Below are positions 1-8,493 of a DNA stretch of 40,638 nt, one piece after another. The stretch covers positions 12,468-53,105 of the forward strand of contig JAZKFH010000065.1 in the NCBI GenBank assembly GCA_040386535.1, in the 5' to 3' direction. The DNA is from Myxococcota bacterium (GTDB lineage Bacteria; Myxococcota_A; UBA796; SXON01). A program made the position numbers and the translations under genes. The notes beneath the pieces were generated by a model. It was not told the DNA's origin. It saw only the letters and a program-made list of their open reading frames with translations, and did no database searches. The number at the start of each line of letters is the position of its first letter. The stretch's first letter is position 1.

Positions 1-71
1 GTGGCCGCTGGGCGGCCACCGAGGCGGTACCTGCTCGCCAGGGGTCGCCTCCGTGGCCGCTGGGCGGCCAC
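1..71. repeat. Two copies of palindrome GTGGCCGC-TGG-GCGGCCAC at 52-bp spacing (REP-like), possibly truncated by window edge
   Basis: Identical 19-mers at 1-19 and 53-71; the spacer has its own GAGGCG...CGCCTC inverted repeat. Confidence 0.7.
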
Positions 72-326
72 CAGACGCCGCCGGTCCCAGCGCCGCGTCG
101 ACGCCCGGCGCCCTCGAGCCGCCAGGTGTGAGCACTGGCCCGCCCCGGCGCGGACGCCGCACCCACCCGAGCACCACCGAGCCGCGTGAGGTGCCTGAAG
201 GGCGGCCGGGCCCCGCCCGGCCGGTCCCGCCTCCGCGCCGCGCGGAGGCGGACCAAGCGAAGCGCGCCCGCAAGGGACCGACCCCCGGCGCCTCGCCGGG
301 GGGCACGCCCGCGCCCCCTCTACATC

Positions 327-806
327 CTACGCCGGTGCCTTCGCCGGCGTGACCGAGAGGTTCTTGCGCGCGTTGCCCTTCTTCTTGAGGTCCTCGGTGA
401 GCTCGTTCATCTGGTCGCCGACCTTGTCGAGATCGTCCTTGTCGCAGAGCTTCCGCACCTTGGGGAAGAGCTCGTTCTCCTCCTCGTGGATGTGGTGATC
501 GAGCGCGCCGCGGATGGCGGCCACGCGCCCGTCGAAGCCCGGGGCCGAGGTGTTCTTGAGCGCGTCCATCAGGAGCTTCTTGACCTCCTTGTGCTCGTCG
601 TAGGCCTCGGCGATCTCGTCCTGCGTGCCCTTGGCCCGGGCCGCCGGGTAGAAGTAGGTCTCCTCGATGCGCGTGTGGATCGCGAGCTCGTCCGCGATCT
701 GCTCGAAAAGCTTCACCTTGTCGTCGTGGTCCTTCGACTTCTCGTAGCGGTCGAACAACGCGTCGACCTCTTTGTGCTGGCGCTTCAACAAGAGCATGGC
801 GTCCAT
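327..806 (-). CDS. Hemerythrin/HHE cation-binding domain protein
   Basis: MDAMLLLKRQH..H..IEE.YFYP..EH..HH..EEE..LFP motifs; ATG at 806 chosen after a GGGGGA RBS-like run. Confidence 0.9.
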   Translation of the reverse strand: MDAMLLLKRQHKEVDALFDRYEKSKDHDDKVKLFEQIADELAIHTRIEETYFYPAARAKGTQDEIAEAYDEHKEVKKLLMDALKNTSAPGFDGRVAAIRGALDHHIHEEENELFPKVRKLCDKDDLDKVGDQMNELTEDLKKKGNARKNLSVTPAKAPA

Positions 807-851
807 GGTTCTGTCCCCCCGCACCGGAGGTAGGCACCTCGGACGCCCCCG

Positions 852-1472
852 TCAGCCGGGGGTGTAGGCCCGCAGGAAGCGCCGCAGGTGGTCGTCGAGG
901 AAGGCGTCGACGTCGAGCGGGCGGCACGCGACCCCGCCGAGCGGGCCCTGGTGGAGCAACGCGAGGAGCACCGGGCACAACAGCTCGAGCGCCGCGTGCC
1001 GCACGTCACACGGCTCGAGCTCGCCGCGGGCGACGTGCGCGGCGATGCGGACCTCGGCCGCCTGGAGCGAGGGCTCGAGCATCGTGTCGATGAAGGTGGG
1101 GCCGACGCCGGCGCTGCCCAGGCCCTCCGCGAGCCCGGCGGTGATCATGCGCCCCACGCCGTAGCGCTCCCAGGCCTCGCGGAACTGGTCGAGGAACCAC
1201 CGCAACGACGGCGCCACCGGCCCCATCGCGTCGGTGCCGCTCCGCGCGATGTGCGCCGCGCCCATCCGGTACATCGCGTCGAGGGCGCCGCGGATCGCGC
1301 CGTCGCGGTCCTCGAAGTAGTGGCGGAGCGTCGGCACGCTCACGCCCGCGGACTCGGCCAGCTCCCGGAAGCTCGGGGGCGGCGAGACGAGCACGCGCGA
1401 CATGAGCGCGAAGGCCAGCGCATCACGCTTGTGCTCGAACCCCACGTTCCGTGTTCCCGCCGGCCGCGCCAT
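852..1472 (-). CDS. TetR/AcrR family transcriptional regulator
   Basis: N-terminal HTH SFRELAESAGVSVPTLRHYF; TetR-like C-terminal helices. Confidence 0.85.
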   Translation of the reverse strand: MARPAGTRNVGFEHKRDALAFALMSRVLVSPPPSFRELAESAGVSVPTLRHYFEDRDGAIRGALDAMYRMGAAHIARSGTDAMGPVAPSLRWFLDQFREAWERYGVGRMITAGLAEGLGSAGVGPTFIDTMLEPSLQAAEVRIAAHVARGELEPCDVRHAALELLCPVLLALLHQGPLGGVACRPLDVDAFLDDHLRRFLRAYTPG

Positions 1473-1492
1473 CCCCGATCCTCTGCTTGGAG

Positions 1493-1508
1493 TATATCAA
1501 CCGATATA
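1493..1508. promoter_or_regulatory. Putative TetR operator TATATC-AACC-GATATA
   Basis: AT-rich perfect inverted repeat about 20 bp upstream of the TetR start in a GC-rich background. Confidence 0.55.
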
Positions 1509-1566
1509 GAAAACGGCGCTCGCCGCGACGTCGGCCGCCCTATCCGCCGTGACGGTGTCCGCGCCC

Positions 1567-2283
1567 CTACCCTTTGAGGTTGGCGCGGAAGAAGGCCAGG
1601 GTCGCGGCCCACGAGCGGCTCGCCGCGTACGGATCGAACGCCCCACGGTCCCAACAATGGAACCCGTGCTGCGTGCGCGGCCACACCTCGATCGTGCCAC
1701 GCGCGGGGCCCGTCACCAGCGCGGCCGCACAGGCCCCGACGGCGTCGGCGGGGATCGACGCGTCGTTCGACGCGAAGTGGGCCAGGATCGGACCCTTCAT
1801 GGTGGCGGTGCGCTCGAGCGGTGGCACGCCTCCGAGGCTCGGGGAGTGGGCCCGCCCGTAGTAGGACACGGCGGCGTCGGTCCCGTGCAGGCCGTGCGTC
1901 TCCCACGCGAGGAGGCCGCCGTAGCAGAAGCCGAGCACGCCCACGCGGCCGTTGCAGGCGGGGTCGGCCCGCAAGGTGTGCACGAGGCTCTCGAGCTCCG
2001 CGTGCAACCGGCCGAGATCGAGCGCGGCGACCTCGTGCCGGCCCTCGGCCATGCCCACCGCGTCGTAGCCGACCTCGAAGCCCGGCGCGTTCGCGTGGAA
2101 CAGATCGATCGCCACCGCCGTGAACCCCGCGGCGACGAGCTCGGCGCACACCCCGCGGATGTAGGGGTTCACCCCGAAGATCTCCTGGAGAACCAGCACC
2201 ACGGGCGGGGGCTCGGGCGCGGGCGAGGGATCGACGCGGAGGCAAGGGATTGGGCCGAAGGGGCCGTCAGGAAGGAAGTTCAT
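1567..2283 (-). CDS. Dienelactone hydrolase family protein
   Basis: QEIFGVN, GFCYGG nucleophile elbow, D..IP, HGF motifs. Confidence 0.92.
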   Translation of the reverse strand: MNFLPDGPFGPIPCLRVDPSPAPEPPPVVLVLQEIFGVNPYIRGVCAELVAAGFTAVAIDLFHANAPGFEVGYDAVGMAEGRHEVAALDLGRLHAELESLVHTLRADPACNGRVGVLGFCYGGLLAWETHGLHGTDAAVSYYGRAHSPSLGGVPPLERTATMKGPILAHFASNDASIPADAVGACAAALVTGPARGTIEVWPRTQHGFHCWDRGAFDPYAASRSWAATLAFFRANLKG

Positions 2284-2383
2284 CCTCGGCTGTTATCGTG
2301 CCCGGCGGCGCGGTGGGCGGCGACCATCACTTGGCAAGCGAACGCACCGGCGGGCCTGTGCGTGAGCAGGGTAGAGATCCGTG

Positions 2384-3208
2384 ATGCCGCTCGCCGACGT
2401 GACCCGACAGACCCTCGCCATCCTCGAGGCGGGCGCGTACACGGCCCCGTCCGGGGCGCGGGTCGACATCGGCGCGGCGGTCGCGTCCGCCGTGGAGGGC
2501 ACGGTGCTCTATCGGCCCGAGCACCTCTCGCCGCTGTCCCACCCGCCGCGACGTGGGGGCGCTCCCCGGTTCGAGGTGACCGACGAGACGACCGCGGCCG
2601 CCGCCCGGCGCCTGGTCGCGGGCGAGGGCGTGCACGACGTCGTGGCGCTCAACTTCGCGTCCGCCAAGAACCCCGGCGGCGGCTTCCTCGGCGCCGCCAA
2701 GGCGCAGGAGGAGGACCTCGCGCGCGCCTCCGCCCTGTACCCCTGCCTGCTCCGCGCCCCCGGCTACTACGAGGCCAACCGCGCCTGCGGCACGATGCTC
2801 TACACGGACCACATCATCTGGTCGCCGCGCGTGCCCTTCTTCCGCGACGACAAGCTGGCGCTCCTCGAGACGCCCTTCCTTCTCTCGGTCCTGACTGCGC
2901 CCGCGCCCAATGCAGGGGAGGCCGAGCGGCGTGGCCCCGTCGAGCACCGCGGCGTCGGCGTCACGCTGCGTACACGCGCGGCAAAGGTGTTGGCGGCCGC
3001 CGTGCTCCGGAACCACCGCGTGCTCCTGCTCGGCGCCTGGGGCTGCGGGGTGTTCCGCAACGATCCGACCGACGTGGCCGCCGCGTTCGGGGGCTGGCTC
3101 GCGCACCCGGCGTTCACGGGCTGCTTCGACCGGGTGGTGTTCGCCGTGTACGACCCGAGCAAGGAGCGGCGCAATCTTCGGGCGTTCCAGGCGCGGTTCG
3201 GAGCGTAG
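2384..3208 (+). CDS. TIGR02452 / microbial-type PARG (ADP-ribosyl glycohydrolase macrodomain)
   Basis: LNFASAKNPGGGFLGAAKAQEEDL, APAPN and LGAWGCGVFRNDP signature motifs. Confidence 0.9.
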   Translation: MPLADVTRQTLAILEAGAYTAPSGARVDIGAAVASAVEGTVLYRPEHLSPLSHPPRRGGAPRFEVTDETTAAAARRLVAGEGVHDVVALNFASAKNPGGGFLGAAKAQEEDLARASALYPCLLRAPGYYEANRACGTMLYTDHIIWSPRVPFFRDDKLALLETPFLLSVLTAPAPNAGEAERRGPVEHRGVGVTLRTRAAKVLAAAVLRNHRVLLLGAWGCGVFRNDPTDVAAAFGGWLAHPAFTGCFDRVVFAVYDPSKERRNLRAFQARFGA

Positions 3209-3255
3209 CTGGGGGCGTAGCTGGAAGCTTGGCTGGGGCTCCGCCCGGGCCCTGC

Positions 3256-3798
3256 CTACGATCGCCAGCTCGGGTACTCGAACGGCGCCTTCCGCCGGTC
3301 CGCCGCGCGCCACCGCGCCCAGTCCTGCTGCGTGACGCGCCGCTCGTCCGCGTCGGGTCCCGGTCCGTGCGGGCCGCGGGGCGCGCCGGTGGCGGGCATG
3401 CCCGGGTCGCGCCGGGGCAGCACCGCCGCGCCCGGCGGCAACTTCGGCGCCGCGGACGCCGGCTCCCCCGGCCCCACCGGGTTGGCGTGCTCCCCCGTCG
3501 CGCCCGGCGGTGGCTGCGAAACCGACATCCCGATCTCCGGCCGCTCGGGCTCGTGGGCCTGCGGCGGCCGCCCGAGGAGCAGCGGGTCCTCCAGGACCGG
3601 CGCCACCTGCTCGGCGGGGTGACCGGCCCCCCGTGGGCCCCCCGTGGGCCGCGCCCCGCCCGCCGCGGCGGCCTCGGGGTCCCGCGCCTCCTCCGGGCTC
3701 CGGATCGCCCCGGTGTCGTGCGGCGCCGTCGGATCCGGCGTCCTGCCCGGCGCCCCCTTGCGCTCCGGCGGCGGCGGCCCCTTGCGCTCTTCTCCCAT
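3256..3798 (-). CDS. Hypothetical Pro-rich protein
   Basis: Fills the gap between PARG and vapC; ATG 3798 preceded by GAGGG; low-complexity sequence, no recognisable domain. Confidence 0.4.
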   Translation of the reverse strand: MGEERKGPPPPERKGAPGRTPDPTAPHDTGAIRSPEEARDPEAAAAGGARPTGGPRGAGHPAEQVAPVLEDPLLLGRPPQAHEPERPEIGMSVSQPPPGATGEHANPVGPGEPASAAPKLPPGAAVLPRRDPGMPATGAPRGPHGPGPDADERRVTQQDWARWRAADRRKAPFEYPSWRS

Positions 3799-3880
3799 GC
3801 GGCCCTCCCCTTCCAGAACGTAGGCGCGGACGCGGTCGTGGGCGGGGTGGGCCTCGGCGAACGGAGCGCGGCGGTCGGGC

Positions 3881-4267
3881 TCACGCCTTGACGAGCGCAA
3901 TCCCGTAGTCGCCGAAGACGTGATCACGCGTCACGATGGTCAGCCCCTCGACCCTCGCCTGCGCGATGAGGAGGCGGTCGAACGGGTCACCGTGATGCGG
4001 CGCCAACCGACCCACCTCCAACACATGCGCGAGGGTGACGGCGAGCGATCGGGCCCCGAACTCGCGCTCGAGCTCCTTGCAGATGTCCTCGACGGACCGA
4101 CGGAGGACGAGCTTTCCGAGCGCCGCCTTGATCACGAGCTCCCACGGGCTCACGACGCTAAGGTGGATCTCCTCGGCATCCACGATCGCCTCGCGCGCGG
4201 TCGCGGAGAGGGCGTCCGGCTCCGAGATCGCCCACAGGGCGGCGTGGGTGTCGAGGAGCAGCCGCAC
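3881..4267 (-). CDS. vapC: Type II TA toxin, PIN domain (VapC family)
   Basis: MRLLLDTH..LW, S..S.WE, H.DPFDRLLIAQA..EGL.IVT.D. Confidence 0.95.
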   Translation of the reverse strand: MRLLLDTHAALWAISEPDALSATAREAIVDAEEIHLSVVSPWELVIKAALGKLVLRRSVEDICKELEREFGARSLAVTLAHVLEVGRLAPHHGDPFDRLLIAQARVEGLTIVTRDHVFGDYGIALVKA

Positions 4268-4276
4268 CGGGACACC

Positions 4277-4507
4277 TCAGCGAGGGAGGAAGTCGAGCTC
4301 TTCGATGGAGAGAGGCTCGTCGAAGTCGGCGCGCACCACGGCGACGTCGGGCATGGTCCCGAAGCGCCGCCGCGGCGCCGCCGCCGCCGGGACGAGGCGA
4401 GCGACCGGACGGCCATTCCGCGTGATGACCACCTCCTCGCCGGCCTCGACCGCGTCGAGGAGGCGCGAGAGATGGGTCTTGGCGTCGTAGACGGAGACAG
4501 GTCCCAT
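4277..4507 (-). CDS. Type II TA antitoxin, Phd/YefM family
   Basis: AKTHLSRLLDAVEAGEEVVITRNGRPVARLVP; directly upstream of the PIN toxin. Confidence 0.93.
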   Translation of the reverse strand: MGPVSVYDAKTHLSRLLDAVEAGEEVVITRNGRPVARLVPAAAAPRRRFGTMPDVAVVRADFDEPLSIEELDFLPR

Positions 4508-4514
4508 GCCGATC

Positions 4515-4544
4515 AGGGTAGCCTTGACCAGCCCCCTGGTCAAG
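4515..4544 (-). promoter_or_regulatory. TA promoter (TTGACC-17-TACCCT, leaderless) overlapped by operator CTTGACCAG-N4-CTGGTCAAG
   Basis: Perfect 9-bp inverted repeat 4523-4544; -10 hexamer lies 7 nt before ATG 4507. Confidence 0.7.
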
Positions 4545-4571
4545 CTGGCAACGGCGCCGACGAAGGCGCCC

Positions 4572-5450
4572 CTACGCCAACAGGACCGCCCCGAAGAACA
4601 CCAACGACACATACCCGTTCAAGTCGAAGAACGCCTTGTCGATCCGGGACAGATCGCCGGGCTTGACCAGGGTGTGTTCGTACGCGAGCACGCCACTGAT
4701 GAGCGCCCATCCTACCCAATAGGCCCAGTCGAGCGGCGCGAGGAACGGGAGGGATGCCAACAGGCCAACGGTGACGACGTGCAGGCCGCCGCTCACCCAG
4801 AGCGCGCCCACCTGGCCGAGGGCGACGGGGATGCTGCGCAGGCCCTGGTCGCGGTCGAAGTCCTCGTCCTGGAGGGAGTAGAGGATGTCGAAGCCGGCCA
4901 CCCACGTCATGACCGCCGCGGCGAGCACCACGGCCACCACCGACACCGTCCCGGTCACGGCCATCCACGCGGCGACGGGCGCGATGCCCAGCGCCGCGCC
5001 GAGCCACAGGTGCACCAGCGCGGTGAACCGCTTGGCGTAGGAGTAGCCGCCCACCACGATCAGCGCGACGGGCGAGAGCGCGCCGCACGCGGGGTTGAGT
5101 GCAAACGAGCTCACGACGAACAGCACCGCCGCCGCCGCCGTGATGGCGCTCGCCGTCCGCACGCTCATCTGGCCGCTCGGGATCTCGCGGATGGCGGTGC
5201 GCGGGTTCCGCGCGTCGAAGTGGCGGTCGACGATGCGGTTCACCCCCATCGCGAACGAGCGCGCGAGGACCATGCACACCACGATGAGCGCGATCGTGCT
5301 CCACTCCACCGGGGTGACCCGCGAGGCGATCACCGCCGACGCGAGCGCGAACGGCATGGCGAAGATGCTGTGGGAGAACTTGATCATCCGGCCGTAGACC
5401 GCGATGGGGTTGGTCGAGCCCGCCTCTTTGGGGCTTACTGCGCCGGACAT
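4572..5450 (-). CDS. mqnP: UbiA-like polyprenyltransferase (MqnP) of the futalosine menaquinone pathway
   Basis: IKFSHSIFAMPFA, NRIVDR.FD..NPRT..R.IPSG, YSY.KRFT, GFDILYSLQD; located in the mqn cluster. Confidence 0.88.
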   Translation of the reverse strand: MSGAVSPKEAGSTNPIAVYGRMIKFSHSIFAMPFALASAVIASRVTPVEWSTIALIVVCMVLARSFAMGVNRIVDRHFDARNPRTAIREIPSGQMSVRTASAITAAAAVLFVVSSFALNPACGALSPVALIVVGGYSYAKRFTALVHLWLGAALGIAPVAAWMAVTGTVSVVAVVLAAAVMTWVAGFDILYSLQDEDFDRDQGLRSIPVALGQVGALWVSGGLHVVTVGLLASLPFLAPLDWAYWVGWALISGVLAYEHTLVKPGDLSRIDKAFFDLNGYVSLVFFGAVLLA

Positions 5451-6598
5451 CCGAGCCACCTCCGCGGCCAGACGGTGCCGTCGAAGAGCGCCCCGATGGG
5501 GTCCTCCTCGGGCACGTCGACCAGCAACAACCCGGGCGCCTGCCCGTTCACGATCCGCCCCACGGGCAGATCGAGCGCGTCCGCGCCGCCCGCCGTCAGC
5601 GCGTGGAGCCACACCTCGGGCGCGATCTGTGGGAACGCCCGCCGGAGCGCCGCCGCCTCGGCCAGCGGATCCAAATCGGGCGAGGAGGCAAGCGAGTCCG
5701 TACCCACCGCGAGCGGGATGCCACGATCCAACATCCCGGGCACGTCGGGGAGCAGCCCGGTGATGTGTTGGTTCGACCTGACGCAGAGGCACACGCGTGC
5801 TCCCGCGATGAGGTCGAGATCATTGTCGCGCGTCAACACCGCGTGCACCAGCATCGCGCGCCGGTCGAGAACGCCGAGCGAGGCCAGGTACGCCGCCGGG
5901 GACATGCCCGGGATGGCGAACACGCTGAAGTCGCGTCGCGACCGTTCCATGTACGGACGCCACGCTCCCGTGCCCGTGGCGAGCCAGCGGACCTCCTCCG
6001 GATCCTCGTCGAAGTGGATCGACCAGGGGCCCGGCATGGCCGCGGCCGCGCGGATCATGTTGGGATGGGTCGAGTGGGGCCCGTGGGGGGTCAGGCGCGC
6101 GGACACGTCGGCCGGCACGGTGACACAGTCGATACCGAACACCTCGTGCCACACCCGCGCGGGCATCCGCGCCGCGGTGATCGCGCCCGCCGACTTGCCG
6201 GTGTTGGTGATCTCGCCGATGGCGGCGGTACCGGCGCGGATCGCCTGGTACACGCCGCGCCCGGCCTGCGCCGCGGAGGGCGGTGGCCCCGCGCGGAACT
6301 GCCCCACCCAAGCGACGAACCCCGCCTGCGCCGCCGTGGCGACGCGCCCGAGCTCCAGGTGGGTGTGCGCGTTCACGAAGCCCGGCACGAGCAGGCCACG
6401 GCGGTCCTCGACCGGCAGGCCCGCGGGATCACACAGGTACCCGCGGTCGTCCACGCCGATGACCGGCGCGCGCACGAGGCCCTCCTCGGTCCACGCCCAG
6501 GTCGGCCGATAGGCACGCGCCCCCTCACGGGCACGTGTATCGGGGGCGTTGCGGGGGGCCGGGCCCCCCGCCCCAGGAGCAGCGGGATCCACGGTCAC
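5435..6598 (-). CDS. Amidohydrolase, probable aminodeoxyfutalosine deaminase (MqnX-like)
   Basis: PGFVNAHTHLEL, PH.PHS, H..E, C.RSN, GTDSL.S motifs; GTGA overlap with the upstream mqnAC stop; start uncertain. Confidence 0.78.
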   Translation of the reverse strand: MTVDPAAPGAGGPAPRNAPDTRAREGARAYRPTWAWTEEGLVRAPVIGVDDRGYLCDPAGLPVEDRRGLLVPGFVNAHTHLELGRVATAAQAGFVAWVGQFRAGPPPSAAQAGRGVYQAIRAGTAAIGEITNTGKSAGAITAARMPARVWHEVFGIDCVTVPADVSARLTPHGPHSTHPNMIRAAAAMPGPWSIHFDEDPEEVRWLATGTGAWRPYMERSRRDFSVFAIPGMSPAAYLASLGVLDRRAMLVHAVLTRDNDLDLIAGARVCLCVRSNQHITGLLPDVPGMLDRGIPLAVGTDSLASSPDLDPLAEAAALRRAFPQIAPEVWLHALTAGGADALDLPVGRIVNGQAPGLLLVDVPEEDPIGALFDGTVWPRRWLGCPAQ

Positions 6599-8493
6599 AC
6601 CGAGGCCGACGGCGAGGTGACCACCCCGCGCACGTCGAGGTGGTCGTAGCGCATGTTGCGGCGCACCGGCACGAACCCGGCCGTGCGGATGTTGTGCTCC
6701 ACCTCGGCGATGGTCATGCTCCAGGTGCTGCCCGCGGCGCTGACCACGTTCTCTTCCAACATGACACTGCCAAAGTCGTTGCAGCCCATGTAGAGCGAGG
6801 CCTGCGCCACGCCCGGCCCCTGGGTGACCCAGCTGGCCTGCATATTGTCGAAGTTGTCCAACATCAGGCGCGCGGTGGCGTTGACACGCAAATAATCGGC
6901 GGCGGTGTTCTGGAAGGGCGTGATGTACGTGTTGTCGGGCACGAACGTCCAACAGATGAACGCGGTGAAGCCGTTGTACTCGTCCTGCAGATCACGCAGC
7001 CGGATGAGGTGCTCGACGCGGTGCGCCGGGGTCTCGCCCATGCCGAACATCATCGTCGCGGAGGAGCGCAGGCCGCGCTTGTGCACCTGCCGCATGACCT
7101 CGAGCCACTCGTCGCTGCTGCACTTGAGCGGCGCGATGCGCTTGCGCACGCTGTCCACCAGCACCTCGGCGCCGCCGCCGGGGATGCTGTCCATGCCCGC
7201 CGCGATGAGGCGGTCGAGCGTCTGGTCCATCGTGAGCTTGGAGACGCTCATGATGTGGAACACCTCCTCCGGCGAGAGCGCATGCAACGCAACGCCCGGC
7301 CAACCGGCCTTCATCCACCGGAACAGATCCTCGTAGTACTCGATGCCGAGCGCGAGGTTCAGCCCGCCCTGGAGCAGGGTCTCGATGCCGCCGACCTTGA
7401 CCAATTCGTCGAGCTTGCCCGCGATCTGGTCCTTGGTGAGCGTGTACGCCTCCTTGTGGTTCTTGGGCCGGTAGAAGGCGCAGAACTTGCAGGCGGTGAC
7501 ACACACGTTCGTGTAGTTGATGTTGCGGGAGATGATGTAGGTCACCTCCTTGCCCGGGTGCAGCGCCATCCGGCGCAAGTGCGCGGCGTTGCCGAGGTCC
7601 TCGATGCGGGCCTCCGTCGCGAGGCGCACCCCCTCGGCCTCGGTCAGCCGCTCGCCGTCGGCGCCCTTCGAGAGCAGGGTGTCGAGGTCCACGCGGACGC
7701 GCGTGCGCGGCGGCCCGTAGAGCTGCACGTCCTCGTGGGTGAAGAAGCCGGCCTTCTTGCCGAGCGCGGCGAAGCGGCGCAGGCCCATCAGCGCGCGGTC
7801 GTCGAGCTCGTAGCGGATGTGCTCGGTGAGGTAGGTGCGGTCGGCCTCGGGCGCGTGCTCACGCTCGGGGAGGCCCAGCGCGGCGGAGGCGCGCAGCCCC
7901 GCGATCGCGTCGGGATCGAGGTCGGCGCGGCCGGCCCACACGGCAAACACGAACGGCAGGCCGGTCCAATCCTTCCACACGCGGCCAAGATCGATGCGCG
8001 TGGTGAGGCGGTCGGGCAGGTTGCGCGCGGCATCGCCGATGACGACGGCGCCGGTCTTTCCCTGGGCGTGGAACGCGGGGGTGCCGGGGTCGACGCCGAA
8101 CACCGGGAGCTCGCGCCCGCCCAGCTTCTCGGCGAGGGGCCCGCGCAGCAGGATCTGGGCGAGCACGACGGAGGTGCGGCTCGCGCCGTCGAGCGCGATG
8201 CGGTCCCACTCTTCGATCGGGGTCTCCCCGACCAGCAGCACGCTCGCGACGTCGCCGTCGCAGCCGATCGCGTAGCCGGGCACCACGCGGTAGTCGCCGC
8301 CCTCGGTGAACATGCTCGCGACGGGGATCAGCCCCACGTCGGCCTCGCCGTTCTTGAGCTTGCGGGCGGCCTCGCTCGGCACCGACCCGAACACGTCGAA
8401 CCGCTCGGGATCCAAGTGACGGGTCAGCGGCCAGGCGTTGGTGTACCCGACACAGGCGACGCGGTAGCGGGGCTTCTCACTGGTGGGGCTCAT
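6595..8493 (-). CDS. mqnC: Fused chorismate dehydratase (MqnA) - cyclic dehypoxanthine futalosine synthase (MqnC, radical SAM)
   Basis: N-terminal GYTNAWPL, SRTS, IGDAA, LPFVFAVW (MqnA); C-terminal RNINYTNVCVTACKFCAFYR, GGGAE, QASWVTQG, NDFGSVMLEENVV (MqnC); one uninterrupted 632-aa ORF. Confidence 0.92.
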   Translation of the reverse strand: MSPTSEKPRYRVACVGYTNAWPLTRHLDPERFDVFGSVPSEAARKLKNGEADVGLIPVASMFTEGGDYRVVPGYAIGCDGDVASVLLVGETPIEEWDRIALDGASRTSVVLAQILLRGPLAEKLGGRELPVFGVDPGTPAFHAQGKTGAVVIGDAARNLPDRLTTRIDLGRVWKDWTGLPFVFAVWAGRADLDPDAIAGLRASAALGLPEREHAPEADRTYLTEHIRYELDDRALMGLRRFAALGKKAGFFTHEDVQLYGPPRTRVRVDLDTLLSKGADGERLTEAEGVRLATEARIEDLGNAAHLRRMALHPGKEVTYIISRNINYTNVCVTACKFCAFYRPKNHKEAYTLTKDQIAGKLDELVKVGGIETLLQGGLNLALGIEYYEDLFRWMKAGWPGVALHALSPEEVFHIMSVSKLTMDQTLDRLIAAGMDSIPGGGAEVLVDSVRKRIAPLKCSSDEWLEVMRQVHKRGLRSSATMMFGMGETPAHRVEHLIRLRDLQDEYNGFTAFICWTFVPDNTYITPFQNTAADYLRVNATARLMLDNFDNMQASWVTQGPGVAQASLYMGCNDFGSVMLEENVVSAAGSTWSMTIAEVEHNIRTAGFVPVRRNMRYDHLDVRGVVTSPSASV

